DNA of 64,000 nucleotides from Chrysomallon squamiferum (GCA_012295275.1 CM022671.1:2294001-2358000); one strand, 5' to 3'. Positions 13,910 to 28,664 are shown, numbered from the stretch's first letter. The notes: generated from the sequence alone by a model not told the origin. Program-made: numbers and translations.

Positions 13910-16900
13910 TCATATTGATGTTTTCTTTGATCTCTTCTTTCCAAGCTTTAGTGGGCCCAGAAGTTTGAAAGTACTCCTGAAGTAAACCAAGACAAATAAT
14001 AAACATAGAATTTAAATTAATTAATTTATCCGACTTACATCTATACTTTTTATTATCATTACAAATATGAATAAAAATAATAATCAACTGCTTAAGCATT
14101 AAACATGAAATAACCAAATGGCAACTGTACACAGCTGAAACAATAACTTTAAAGTAACAGAATCTACTGAACTTCCTTCATGTTTCTAAAAATATTCTGA
14201 CCTATTTTACGTTATTTAAATCTTTCCAACATCAAATTGTGTAAATTAGAGACTTTCAAAGTAAAAATAAGTAGCCTGGAAAGAAATTCATATTACCATT
14301 CAATAATGACAAGACAAGTTTCTATAACACAGTCTGAAGTTAGCTATCTCCATTACAAATGCAGATAATAAATTAGTACACTGTGGGTTTCACAACAAAA
14401 ATAATAATTTAATTACTAAAACAATGATACTACTAGTAATAGTACCTATTACTGAATATCATTTAAAATGTGTAATTTCCAAGAACAAATCTTGACTGGA
14501 ATCCAGTTAGTTAAGTATACTTTTTGTTCTGAATACATTATGATTAGTAATACAAACAATCAGAATTATATACAATTGGCAATGGTTTATTTCTGTAAAT
14601 TTAAATTTAAATCCTATTTTTCTTACACCAAAGATAATAAATAAGTAAAAATTAATATTGAATAAAAAACTAAAAAGTATTCCCCTATTAAATGAATAAG
14701 AAAGAAAAAACACTTACTAGATAAACATACAGAACATACATAACCAATGTCTATAAGATTTCGATGACAGAAACAAGCTGCTCGGTAATCCACCTGAGCT
14801 TTTGGAGGCAAAGTCAGTTTGGAACGGATATTGGGATCAGGCAGGAAAATCCACTGAAAAATAAACAAGAGTAACAACACCTAAACTTTTAACTATTAAT
14901 AATTAATGATATTTGATGTTAAACATGAGTTTTTGCATATTCATGACATGCAATACTGAAGACAGTAAAATATTATTAATATTTAGTTATTAGGAGCAGT
15001 TACACTTCAAATACATGGAACAACAACAACACAAAGACAGTTACAAAGCAAAAAAACTATCATATCCTGCAGAACTTACCAAGAGGTACTGTAGAAGTCC
15101 TGCCATTTGTGGAATCTCTAAATATGTACCTCCTGTTATGTCACAAGCCTTGTAAAATAAATCAGCTAAAAAAACAAAACATTAAGTCTTCAGTTCTGTG
15201 TTCTTAAAATGATTATTATTTTTCTTTTTTACATATTTATCACATACACTGTTAGATAGATAACATAGTTTACCAGGTGTAATTCCGAAATTTAAACTGA
15301 TGACTCTGTTGTTAGTTTTTTCTTTTTATAAAAACAATTTATTTATTTCTATTATTTTTTATATCAGGAACTGAGGAAGGAAAGGTTATTAAAAAATATA
15401 TATTTCCAAATAAACGGGTAATTGTAACAGACCTGTTGAAGCAATCCTGATTCATTATCAAGAACACAAGCATCAACAAAAACATTCTGAAACAGAAAAA
15501 TAAATAGTATATAAAAAATCATTTAAATTTTTAAAATACATTTTCTTCTGAATTAGGCTAAAGAAGATTCCTTAGATGAATCATTATCCCTCTGGCCTAC
15601 AAGTTGTATATTGAGCTATAAATCTCCAGAAACAGTATCAGCGGAAAATAACAAAAAAAACCCAACATCTTCAGTTATATTTCCAGTTACATTCAAATTA
15701 TTTAATAAAAATATGTTTAGTACAAGTGATGTTAGTTTAGAATGGGAAAAAGTGTATTATATTTCAGACCTGTGTTCAAGTTGCTGAACTACTGATTAAC
15801 AAGCTAAAACTTGCCTGTTTCTGTGCAGTCAAACCATCATTCAAAGAGTTCATATACAGAGTACTATTGTCTTCAGAACCTTTGATTACCTAAAAACAGA
15901 GAACGTATATTTAAACTTACGATATGCAGCATAGACAATTTGAACAGAAAAACAATATGTAACATTTTCCTTACTAAAAATAAAGCTAACTTTTTCATTA
16001 TCAATAACACAAAGTTTTATTATATTTGATTAAACAATTAAATTACATACATATTTCTAAATATTCTTCCAGTCTGGCAGTGAGATATAAATAAAAACAC
16101 CAACATACAGACAGAGATTAAAATCAGGAAACAGTAAGTGTAATAAATATTTTATGTAGGCATGTATATATAAATAAATATAAATGTGCTTGTGAAAATG
16201 TTTATTTCATTTACCAAAATCCTTGCAGACAGTGTCTGATCAAATGAACCTTCTTTCTCCATTCTGTCAATATCTTAAACTACAGTTAGGGAAACACAGA
16301 AATAGTACAATCTCTTCAAATAACAGATCAGTGAAACCTAATCTGTAAACACATTTTGTGATTTCCAAATTTCTTTTTTATTATACATCATCATCTAATC
16401 CAGTTTTTGCTATATTGTGTCAGTTATCACCTATTTTTTTTCTTCTGTTCTTTATGTCTGATAACCAGCTGTACTAAAATATTGTCCATGGTTGTGTGAC
16501 AAGAAACAAATAATAATTTTTAATTCACAATATTTAAAATTAGAATTCAGAAGAATCAGGAAAGATTTCACTTTCCAAACCTAAATTATTTATAAATACA
16601 AATAAGTAAATCAAATATTTCCAGATTTGCTCATCGATTGATTACAGATAAAGCAGTACATTATCTATCCCTTGCTTGTAACCATAAATTATACATGCTT
16701 AATACATACTTAAATTTAAAAATTCTAACACCCAAAACCCATTTTAACTGCATACAAAGACACACAATCACAACTGTACAATATAGTGTCCATGAGTTTA
16801 TTTTATAGAAAACAATTTTCAAATTAGTCAGTCAGAATACAGTGTTCTCTCATTAAAAAGACATCATTAATTTTAAGTTTTAATTTGATCTGTTCTTAAA

Positions 16901-18953
16901 TTTGTTGATGAATTTAACAAGACTAAGTGGTTTCATGTATTAATTTATCTGATTTTCTTTTTCAAATTAAAAAGTTGCACTCTCCTAAGTTTTATCTAAC
17001 AGCTCAATTTTTTACAGTGAAAGAATATCCATAAAAACTGAAAAGTGATATAATAAAAAATAGAATTATTATAATTAATAATATGCCATGGTTCTGGGCT
17101 TAACGGTTAACTCCACACATCCAACTATAATAAAGACTTACTGCTAATAACAAGTTTTTTCATCTCTGACTGAAGGTAGCCATCCACCAGACCAAATAAC
17201 TCATACTTTCCATCATTAGCCATATCTACAGGACTGTTGCCTTGTCCACTGTGTGTTGTATCATGTTTTGGATACAAGAACTGACTGAAATAGTATATTT
17301 TTTTAGCAGTATGAAAGTATACTTCATGTATGTTTTCAAAAATAGGTGAAAAGATCCAAATGAAATGATCAATTGTAAATATCAGATGTTACTAATGAGT
17401 ATTAGATTTATCACAATGACATTGACTGCATTCCAAAGGTAGAACACAACATATCTCAATATATATAACATTTAGTTGCCTAATTGTAAAATAATAAATA
17501 AAAAGTAAACAAAACATGGTCATGAAAAAATAGCAAAACAAATACTAAAAATATAATTTAATTTAAAGCCATACCACATGTATTTCTCAACAGTTATCCA
17601 AGAATAAATATAATGGAATGGTTTCCTTTGAATTATAAAGCAAATAATAAAATCTGGATACAGAAATGGTCTGAATTTATAATACATTCACATATATGAT
17701 ATAAAAAAGTTTAAAAAGAATATATATATAAACTAACATATTTGTATACTTATTTTCTAAGTGTATTTAGAAATAACCAACCTTTAATGGTTAATACTAC
17801 TGAAAATAATAAATAGCAAAGCATTGTTCCTAAGACATATTTATACAATAATAAATTATCTGTTCCTTTAATCACATATTAAATTATTTAGTTGTTTGTT
17901 AGTATAAACTCACCTCTGATTTGTCTGTGCTCGTATCACAGCAAGCTTATTTTCATGACTGAGCATAAGGTGAGAATTTGCAAATACCATGACAGCATCC
18001 ATGCACTTTGAAAGACTAATCTGCAAAAACAATACAAAAACTACCATATTGCATATATTAGTAGGTCCACATATTAATTTTATACTATTAATTATAATAC
18101 AATGTGTATGATTACAGTGTTGTTGTTTTGTGTTTTTGGAGGATATACATGCCTACTTTTACTGAAACAAAAATTAAAATATCAGTGACAGTTACCTTTC
18201 ACCTTCTTTGTTACGTTATAAACACATTTCTTACTTTATATATGTATATATATAATTTTATGTTATACCTTTCCAGTTTCCATATTTTCATCATCTCCCC
18301 ACCAAACAGGATTTGTGTCCAGGACAATGACAAGAAGACTGCTGATATTTTTATCTATAAAATAATAATATTTTGCACATACAAGTATTTAATAGAAAAA
18401 CAACAACAATTTGATATTTAATAATACCACTATTAAACAAAACCACATTTAATTTTTTATTAATCAGCTGTGCTCATGAATTATTATTATACCTGTCATT
18501 TTTAAAAACAAAAGCTAAATAAATAAATAAATATAACAATAAATTGAATAATTACTTTTAAGAAAGTGGACCTGAATAGTATGTCCAATAAATAATTTAC
18601 AGATAAAAGTATATTTTAAAAACAATACCGTGATATTTTTATATCTTATTATTCTATTATAAAAAAAATGTAGAATGTAATTTTAAAAAGCTGTTTCTGT
18701 TAAACTTAAATAAAGAAAAAAAATATATATATTGAAGCATACCGCCCATAATTAACAGTTATATCTGCTTAATGAAATGTAACAAAAACTTCGTTTTTGT
18801 GCCTAGTTTATTTACTGCAAAATCACTTCTCCCAGAGAAACGGAACAAAAAGCTATCAACTGGCATCTCGTCATTTCTTAATCTACATGGGCAGCGTAAC
18901 AGTGACTAAATAGGGGACATAACTCCCACCCTGATTCCTGACGAAACCACCAT
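13910..18953 (-). pseudogene. GTF2H3: TFIIH p34 subunit pseudogene, copy B
   Basis: Exons 18269-18354 (SLLVIVLDTNPVWWG), 17914-18020, 17142-17284 (QFLYP...DGKYELF), a truncated exon starting at 16580, 16215-16273, 15815-15889 (GC donor), 15433-15486 (VDACVLDNESGLLQQ), 15080-15148 ([10 protein letters not shown]), 14718-14853 (WIFLPD...[25 protein letters not shown]) and 13910-13976. A 56-bp deletion removes half of exon 5 and its donor. The IFCxFSPIC exon was not found and exon 1 is tentative. Confidence 0.92.
16661..16793. repeat. ~135-155 bp short interspersed repeat (also 10510-10663, 20788-20941, 53404-53534, 57438-57591)
   Basis: Homologous text TTATCT..CCCTTGCTTGTAA.CATAAA...TAAATTTAAAA.TTCTAA...ATATAGTGTCCAT lies in non-homologous introns of both GTF2H3 and EIF2B1. 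Confidence 0.7.
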
Positions 18954-19020
18954 CTGTAACTTTCTTTTATTCGGATCAAAAACAAAACTGAAACTCTGTT
19001 GAACATGAATAGGGAAGGTA
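18840..19020. promoter_or_regulatory. Bidirectional promoter region between GTF2H3 and EIF2B1 (copies at ~12400-12580 and ~55520-55700)
   Basis: Lies between divergent first exons and is locally richer in GC and CpG than the flanks. AGATGGTGG at the putative GTF2H3 start resembles a deaminated YY1-type AGATGGCG. Confidence 0.6.
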
Positions 19021-20015
19021 TAACATGCATTTTAAACAATATTTTTATATTTTGTATCGATATTACAGCAAGGAAAAAATAATATATATATAAAATAAAT
19101 TATAAAGAGTGAAAACTTTCAGAAGTGAAATAGAAAAAATAATTAAGAATCGTAGGGCTGTTGTTTATTGTAACTCTGATACTGATAGGTTAATTAGATC
19201 AATTATTATTATAAATAATATAATATATTAATATTTATTAGTCATTTACGATGTCTTGTAAGTTGTAAAATTATAAAATCACAGAAATGCTTTTATAAAA
19301 TATGCTCAATGTTTTCACACAAAACAAACCTAACAGTAACGTTCATATTCACTGTTCATCTGTTCTTTACTTCCTGTTCATTCTGTTCTTTGAGGAGTAT
19401 GCTGTAATGTTGCTGTATGCAATGCTGTATATACAGTTTGACCGCAAGTATTATAATACAGAATATCATGCTGTGGTCCTCTTTTCTGTTTAATGTAATT
19501 AAATCGTATAAACAGTTTTATTAGCAGTATTTGTACAAGATTATCCATCAATAATATGATTTTTGTCAGTTTTAAAATGTTCACCATATTTTGTTGGAGG
19601 CTAAGATCTGTTTTGCTCTAATTCTCCAATGCATTTTGTTTCTCTATTAATTTCTTTAATGGCACATAGCATCATTAAAACAGACTCTATGTACAGAATA
19701 TAATTATGTGCTAATATTATGGTTACATTAGATAACAAATTAGAGTAGATTATTGGCACAGTTGTTACATTAGTCTGTTTCTTTTGGAAATTTGTTTTCA
19801 TTGACAAGTTAATCAAAGATGACCCAGACATGTCTGCTGCTGTTGCAGCCATTAAAACTCTTCTCAGATTTATTGAAGCAAATAAAGGTAATTGTTTTCA
19901 ATATAGAAAGGTGCAGTGGTGTGCAAAACATTGAGTTTGCTATTTTAATAAGTAAATTCATTAAATATTATTAATATGAGTTTGTACCAGATTTTGAAAA
20001 AGCAGTAACAACTAC

Positions 20016-20061
<46 letters not shown>

Positions 20062-23000
20062 TTTACTTTTATTATACAGTTGAGACATTAGCTGAGATGA
20101 GAGCTCGACTGAAGGATGCTATAAATACCCTGAGTCAAACAGAAAGCAGTGTCACATCAATTTCATCTGGATGTGAACTCTTCTTAAGATTTATCACACT
20201 GGCAAATCTTCAGCATTCAGTAAGTATTGATTCTATCAAACAAGCCTTCCAATAAGATCTACACATTAAGGAGCAAGTCTAAAACTTTAATTTCAGAGGC
20301 TAAAATAAAATAATATAAATTGTAATGAATCACTGTCTCAGAGGCTCAGATAACATTTAGATTTTGGATGAGAGATTTGCAATCTGTGTTAGGTTTGTCA
20401 CCCAGTAGCCATTAATATTTTAATGTTTCTCTATTTTATCTCTGTCATGTTGAAAGAAGACAAAATAAAACTGATTTATTAATTTTCTTGTTTTTTACTG
20501 TAAATTATCTGTAACATACATTTATTTATTGTGCCATTTAACATTTGTTACAGTTGTCTAATATTCATTGTTAGATAATGTATATCATAATCACACACAC
20601 ACACATAATAGTTTGTAGTTATTTTAGAGATCTCTTTATTTAATTACAGTGATTTCTGTTTTATAGGATTTTCAAGAATGTCAAAACATTCTGGTACAGT
20701 GAGGGAATTTATTTCTTCAAAAAGTTGCAATTTCCCATCAAAAGATTGCCTGATTAGCTTATCCATTTATTTCAGATGGAGCAGTAAGTTATCTCCCCCT
20801 TGCTTGTAATCATAAAATATATTCAGGCCTTAAATATCAATATAAATGTAATTCAGGCTTAAATTTAAAAGTTCTAATATCCAAAATTCCTTTTAATTGC
20901 ATACAGAGACAATCAGTTACAACCGATAATATAGTGTCCATGAATTTATTTAATGGTAAATGATCTCAGTGAACTAGTTATAAACTATTCAAGTATCCTT
21001 CTAGACCTGCAACCTTTTTAAAATAATTTCCTAGGCACACACACACACACATACACATATTCATACATATACACACATATATAAACATATATTATCTCTT
21101 TTTTTCAGTCTGTTGTTATCCAGTTTTTATCTACACTGGCCTTTATGATTTTTGGTCAGTACACTTAGTTAAGTTTAATAATTATTTAGTAGTGAATATG
21201 TGCTGTGGCTTGGTAACTTTTATTATTGTTGTAAATTACTGGATTTATTATAACTGCTAGTACTTTCAATTATTATTATCACAGTCATTTTCATAATTAT
21301 TAATAATAATGTTCTATTATAATTATCTTGTTTGTAGACGGTACTAACACATTCACGATCAAGAGTTGTACTTCAAATATTAAAGGAGGCTGCAGAAGCC
21401 AAGAAAAGATTTAAAGTTTATGTCACAGAATCTCTTCCTGACAAATCAGGGTAAAAAAATTTAAAACCAACATTCGTCTGTTTAATATTATCTTTTATTT
21501 ATAGCATTTTGTAAATTTATTGTCATCTTACTCAAAATATTTTCTTTTTTCATGTATTATTATTTTATTTTATTTTTTAAAACATATTCTCAAGAATATT
21601 TATCAAAACTGTACAAAACCTGTTTCACAGCACATTCTCAAAAAGATTCACATTATGTCTTTCTATTTTAAAAAGAAAAGTAAATTAATTATAACTAAAA
21701 TAGTTAATGAAACCTAGGCTTAAAGAAAACACTGGATAATATTCTAAATGTATTTCATATATATATACAAATTATTGTTTTATTTAATACTGTTACAGTT
21801 TTTGTTATTAATAAAATAGAGCAAGGTTCTGAAAATGTATGATGTCATTATGTCCAAAGAAAAGTTAAAAAACAAGAACAAAAAACATGACATAAAATAA
21901 ATTTTAAAAGGATTAATTTATTCACATTATAAATAAAAATATATTCAGAAATATATTTGCGTTTGGATCTGAAATATATTGTTATATCTATGTCGTTCAT
22001 TCTTTGTTTCTGTATGTGTATGGGTGGTTTCATTCTTTATTTCTGTTTCTCTATATTTATTTCCTATTAAAAGAAATCAACCCTAAAAGAACAGGAAAAA
22101 CAACAGCCAAACAATTGGCAATTATTGTTCAGTTTAAATGAAAATAGCAGGTATATTTATAGTTCTTCAGGTGTCAGACATTCAACTGTTGTTTTGGATT
22201 CTGCAGTAGGGTAAGTTGGTTTTAAAAATTAAAATACTGATTTCTTTCTAATAATCATTATTTCCTTACTTTACAAATATCCACATTTTTATGTTGTCCA
22301 CCCTCTCTGTATAACCGGCTTTCCATGTATGCATAGCTATATTAATTTTTCATAATCACAGTGGTAATCTGTTTAATCAATTCAGGGTTTTAAAGTGTAT
22401 TATTATTATTATTATTATTTTAGTTTATTATTTTTTTCTGAATATATTAATTTTGCATTCTTGTATCAATTACTTGAAATAAAATCTTGTATAATCTTGC
22501 TTCAAATATTTTTATTATCCTTATTTAGGTATGTAATGGAAAAAGAAGGAGTAGTAGAAAGTGGAGGAATTATAAATAAAGTATCTAGTTAACATTTATT
22601 TTGTGTCCAACATAAGTATTGATAATAATAATAATAATAATAATAGTAATAAAGATAACAATAAAGTAACAGGTTTATGAAGATGTAACAGTACTGAGAT
22701 TTACATAAATAGAAATATGTTAAAAATCTGAGTAAATTCTTGCAAAATAGCCAGGGGAGTTTTTTTTTTTTGTTATTTTCACCCAATAACTGTTTTATTA
22801 GCAGGGGAATAGGAAAATGTCAGTTCATGTGTGGAAGGTTATTATTTTACCATAATAATTTATTATTAATACAGACTTGTGCAACAAACAAATACATTTT
22901 CATGTAGAAGTGTGACAAATCGTGTGAGGTAGACTTTAATGCTTCTGTTATTGTTTCTGTACAGATTTGAACATACACAATGGCCATATCAGCTAAAGCT

Positions 23001-23596
23001 ATGAATAAACCAGTGTACGTAGTTGCTGAAAGTTTTAAGTTTGTTCGACTCTATCCTCTGAACAAGCAGGATATTCCAAATCAGTTTAAGGTAACATGAA
23101 ATAGATTCATATTTTTATCACATTTTAAAATAATTTATTTCCCTTTTTCTTTTTTAAAGATATTTGTTAATTTGGTTTAATTTTTTATAATTACCCCATT
23201 TTCCCCCCTTTTGTTCATTTTAATTAAATCTATCTGTCTATTTCTCTGTCTGATTTATCTACATTTCAGTATTTTATTTATTTTTGTTTTGCTAGAATTC
23301 TCATATTATATTTGTGAAATACTAAATACTTCTTATATTTCAAATTATTTGCTTTACAATAATGGCATCATTTTCACCAATGTTATTTATTTGCTACAAT
23401 TTAATAAAAAAAAAAAAATATATATAATTCTTATTTTTGTTAAATTACTAGAACTGTACACAGTTATTTGACAAAAACAACAAAATATTTCTAAAATATT
23501 TTTTGTTTATGTTATTGCTGTTTTCCAGTATCAAGCATAATATCAGTAATGACTCCATCAACTGTCAGTGATGAATTAATAAAGTTACACCTTTAA
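19005..23596 (+). pseudogene. EIF2B1: eIF2B alpha subunit pseudogene, copy B (most complete)
   Basis: Exons 19005-19017 (MNRE), ~19801-19887 (DDPDMSAAVAAIKTLL), 20080-20219 (SSGCELFLRFITL), 20667-20783 (TGA at 20700 and 20751), 21338-21450 ([10 protein letters not shown]...VYVTES), 22171-22210 (internally deleted, VVLDSAVG out of frame), 22529-22580 (YVMEK joined to EGVVESGGIINK, about 8 codons missing), 22965-23090 (TGA at 22968; [14 protein letters not shown]) and 23529-23596 (internally deleted; TPSTVSDELIKLHL*). Confidence 0.95.
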
Positions 23597-25677
23597 TCTG
23601 AATGTGAAATCAATGAGAATGTCACTGAGAATAAATCAGTTATTTTATTATTTACAGTTTGGTAATCTCATCTTTCTGGGTGTTTTTTGTTTGTTTGTTT
23701 GTTTGTTTGTTTTGTTTGTTTTGTTTTTTTGCACAGAAATGAGTTAACACAGACTGCTGCTCAGCTAAATAAAAGGCAATAGTTTCATTTAAATTGAAAA
23801 TATGAAATGCATGAACAAAACATGGAAATGAAGCAGTTTGAGAAAAAGTAACTAATGTATACACAGCAGACCTTTGGCATTGCCTCTAGTTTGCATGTGA
23901 ATGAAAGAATGTTTTGACAATTAAAACTAATCAACAGTGACATTGACTGTGGACTTGAGTTCATTTCTGGGTTGCTTAGACCCAGTTTCATTAATATCAA
24001 GTGTGATCTTACATCTAGCTAGAATAATGGGCATTCAGAAAATAATGCTGAAAATATCGTCTGACTTTAATTGTTGGCGTTGACTTGAAGACGTATATTC
24101 TCATGATGTTCTGATGTTGACAGGAAAATACTGGAATTAGTTTTACTAGTCGAGATGATTTATCGTATGAATATGTTTTTTTTTGTTTTGGGTTTTTGGG
24201 GTTTTTTTTTTTTCTTTTTTTCTTCATACCTCTATTCTACCTCTGTCAGGAAAACATAATTACACTCTTTAATTATGTCATTTTTTTATTTAATTGTTAT
24301 GCCGTGACAACACATCATATTTGTCTCCTTGAACCGTAATCGAAATTTATATTATTCGTAAGTGGTTTTACTAGTGAATGTTAAAATACCGCTTCAGAAG
24401 AGAAACATAAGTATCTTCCTTTAGTGCGCACATTTCACAATTTGTCCTTATAACAATAAGTAATTCCGTCTGCTTTATATAATAAACTTCTTGTATGTCT
24501 CGAATTATAGTCAGTATGCAAATGTCGATAAAAAAAAAAATAATAATAAAATAATAATAATAATAATAATAATAAAGTTGCATAGAAATTGAAAATTTAT
24601 ATGTTGAAATCATTTAACCTTAATCTTTCTCGACGGGACGTTTTAAACGGAACTTGCTAAAGTTCGAAAGATTCATAGGTAAACTATTAATGTAACGATG
24701 AAACGATTTAATTTTAGCACCAGATACCTAAAAACATATTTCTATTTCATTGTTATACATACTTATATAATCAAAAATACATTTATTGCTTGAAACAACA
24801 GACATATTTTGTCTCAATGTTTCCGAAATAGCTAGTAATAAATTATTAAGTTTTTCTTTGGGTTACATTTATTGTAAAATACAATGTTAAAGAAATAAAG
24901 CAGGCTTTATACTGGAAATTTCCGTGTGCGTGTGCGTTACATTATGTAAAACAATTATGTCTGTCTTTCCTCCTTATTTTCTATCTTGTTATCGTTATTT
25001 ATTTATTTATTTTATTTAGTTTTTATCTCTTTTTCAGAGTGGAATTACATTTAAATTTATGGTTCATTTTTGCATTGCTAAACGGCAGAAGGTATCTACA
25101 GAAAATAAGTCCTATGGAGAGCGTGCGCTCCTGTCTAAACATTAGACACCTTCTTTCAGATAACTTTACCATGAAGTCAGATAAAAAATACCAGTTAAAA
25201 TTAATACAAATTGCTCTGTGACACACCCATTCAAGTGTCATCCAGGACACGTCCATACTTTCCTTACCTTAAATACACGTCTGCTGAAAGGTTCACACAA
25301 ACTATATCTTTTTCTTTAAATTTAAAAATTTTATAAATAACTAATGGTCTTTGATGATGCTTTGGTATATTATAAATATATTTCTACAAATGGTTTAACA
25401 CCGACCTAGTATGCCCATGTAACACAGTAGGTCATTCGCTCAGGTTAAGACAGTAGAAATAAAATATGCCTGAACCAATTACTTTAATGCTCTATTTGAC
25501 AGCGATTTCGTACTGTCATATTGATACATCTACATGAATTATTAGACATGATCCAAATGTTAACCAAACGAGACTGAAATGATATTGTCGTTAATGAAAT
25601 AAAGGAATAAAAGGCATTTTACTTTTATGTCAGCTATCAAATAACCTTACACAAACACTTTCACATTCTCCATAAGT

Positions 25678-25781
25678 TTTTCCTCTTTTGAGTATATAAA
25701 GAAAAATACATTTGTTTAGTTAGAAGTCTTTCTTAATTTTACCTCTTTTGAGTGTATAAAGAAAAATACATTTGTTTAGTT
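25678..25781. repeat. Local tandem duplication (~60-bp period)
   Basis: cctcttttgagt.tataaagaaaaatacatttgtttagtt occurs twice here, but once in the homologous segment at ~6360-6405. Confidence 0.85.
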
Positions 25782-26906
25782 TGAAATTTTTCTTCTCGGG
25801 GAATTACGACCACCGCACAGAAAATGACCGTTATTGAGACGATTTGTTAAAAACGATGAATAGTTTTTTTATTTTGTTTCTTCAATAGAAGTATTTGAGA
25901 ATAAAACATATGTATGTGTGTTTGTGTGTGTGTGTGTGTGTTTTTTAATTAAAACAAATGGTATAAAATTTACTTTTTGTTTTATAAAATTACATAGCGA
26001 TTTATAATATGACTGTAAGAAATATCTTTCTATCAAAATGTAATAATAAAATTTATTTAAAGTACAAACAAATAATATACAGATATAACAAAACGTTGTG
26101 TTTCGTATATAATATGTTGAGAACTGGCAAAGCATCAGTATTATTTAAGAGTGAATATACAGAATATTTACTGCCATTAGAAAAGAATTTATGTACATTT
26201 TAGAAATAAGATATATCAACACAATTTAACAATGTGGATAATATATACTAAAAACAAACAAAACAAAAAAAACCAACTCAACTTGTAAATAAGAAATATG
26301 ACAAATTATATAAATAATAAATGAAAACATCATGCTTTCAATTCTTGTAATTTATAAATATTGGTTAATATCTAATTATATATATTGTAGAGAAAAATTT
26401 GGTATATTAAGTTAAAACAATAAACATGATAAACCTGCTTGGGATAAATAAACATTGTCAATTTACCAAAAAACAAAATAAAATTAAAAATAAAATCCTG
26501 ACAATTTACAATTCGATCTACCAACAACATAATAAAAATTGATGTATTTTAAAAAGCTAGATGCTTCATAAACTAAATGTTGGGTAATAATTAAACATTG
26601 CTTATCTAACAGATTTACATCAGTTTTAATTTTAAAAAAAGAAAGAAAAAACATGATTAGATAGTCCTTACTGACGAAGTTCCAAGCTATCATTTGTTAT
26701 AGTGTTAGGTATGCCTAATTCAAGAAACCTGTATTTAAAAAAAAAAGTTAGAAACCAAAACAACATTAAGAAAACTTTACAAAATATATTTAGAACTAAT
26801 CTAGAGGAAAAGAATAAAACAAACATATAAATAATTATTTATTAAAATTTTTGAAAAATGCAGACCCCTCCCCAAAAAAACCCCACATAGTTCTTTCAGT
26901 TATTCA

Positions 26907-28664
26907 TCAAAGTATGGTTATGTTTTCTCCAGTTCTGACTTTCAGCTTTGTGGCACCTTCACACACTGATCCTAGTTTGTCTGTGTACAGGTTTCTGTTG
27001 CGAGCCCACGTCATAAAATAAATATATAAATAAAAAGGAATGTCTGAAAGGAAAGGAAAGGAACAAATTTAGAAATGAAATATATAAAAAGAAAAAGGAA
27101 AAAGAAAGACGGATGAAGAAGGAAAAAAGTAATTCATCTGTATTTGTAGCGTTTAATTATGTTTTTAATATCTAAATATCAACACAAAGAAAGAAAAGAA
27201 GAAGATAATTAATAATATTAATAATAATAATAATGACTTTGGTGATGATTATGGTGAAAACTAAAAAATACCAGAAATACCAAGAAAATTAAAGAAAACA
27301 AACAAAGGAAACGTTAAAAACCAACTTACAACTATGACAAGGTCCTACATGTTTACAACCCAGCACTGCATCATATTAATCAGTATGTACAAAGACACGT
27401 GACAGAACGTTACAGGAGCAGAGTTGTTACCTTAACAAACAAGTAGTTAACAAAATAAATAAAAATAAATTAGAAAAGGAAAGGAAGAAATCAAAACAGA
27501 AGAAAGTTAAAACAAAAACATAAATAAACAAAGAATTTTTTTAAAACTTTGTTAGGAGACGAGAAGGATTTAAAAAAAAAAAAAAAGAAAAAATGAACAC
27601 AGACATAATTTTAACTAAATTACATGTTACTCACCTGTATTGACATGTGACCTCTCAGCCTTGAGACACACATCATCGTTTGCACCATGTTGACAGTGAC
27701 ACATCCCATCAAAGAAACATTCTCCGTTCAGACACACTTTACTGCATGTTTCATTACAAAAATTCCCCCACCATCCTTTCTTACAGCCATCGAGACACTC
27801 CTCTGTGTGACGACCACAAACGGATTCGTTTGGAATGGTTGATGAACAGTTTCTCGTACAATGTTTTGTACAATTCTCTCCCCAGAAACCATTTTTGCAT
27901 TTAAAACATATACCTGTTGTTTTGTTACAACCGTCGACATCACAGTTGTTACACTGGTCTGTACAGTTGTCTCCGTACCAGCCAGGTAAACATGATTTAC
28001 ATTGTCCTTTGCATTCCGAACAGTTGTAAGACCAAGTCGATGAATTAAGCAAACGGTCAATTTTCTCATCTATTTCTGTGGGTAAAAATTAAATAAATAG
28101 AAAAGAGAGAGTTAATAAAAATAATAATAATACTAATAAAAAAGAAATACCCAAGACAAATAATAATAAACGTATTTTATTTTTAATGCTATAAAATCAA
28201 TTGTTGTATGTTATGTTAATGTTCAAGTTGTCACTAACTCAACTACAATGAACACGATAGCACATTCATTATCATCGCTAACTTCATCAGTACAGTTATT
28301 AATATAATTACCAAATCATTTTTATCATTTATTGATAATAATTACAGATAAGCACATACAAACAGATGTAAACAAGAGATGTCGCAGGACTTTTCTTCTT
28401 GTTCTTGTTGTTGTTGTTGTTTACCTGTGTCAGATTTTCCGGTAAAACGAAGACAATTCCTGTCACTACATTTCTTATTACAGTGTAGTCCGTAGAATCC
28501 AGGTATACATTTAGTACAGGTTCCCACACAATATGAACACTGCTGAATAACATCAGACCCTGTAAATACAGTAAAAATATTAATAATTTGCATAATAAAC
28601 AATAGAGAATTGTGGGGAAATAAAATAATTAATGTATTAATTTATTAATTAATTTTATATTTTT

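Noticed and set aside
13630-14132. ORFs spanning N runs (also 61126-61632)
   Set aside because: Artefacts of gap translation.
20700-22970. In-frame TGAs in EIF2B1 as selenocysteine, readthrough or an alternative code
   Set aside because: Two fall at Arg and Gly positions, they differ between copies and they co-occur with frameshifts and deletions.
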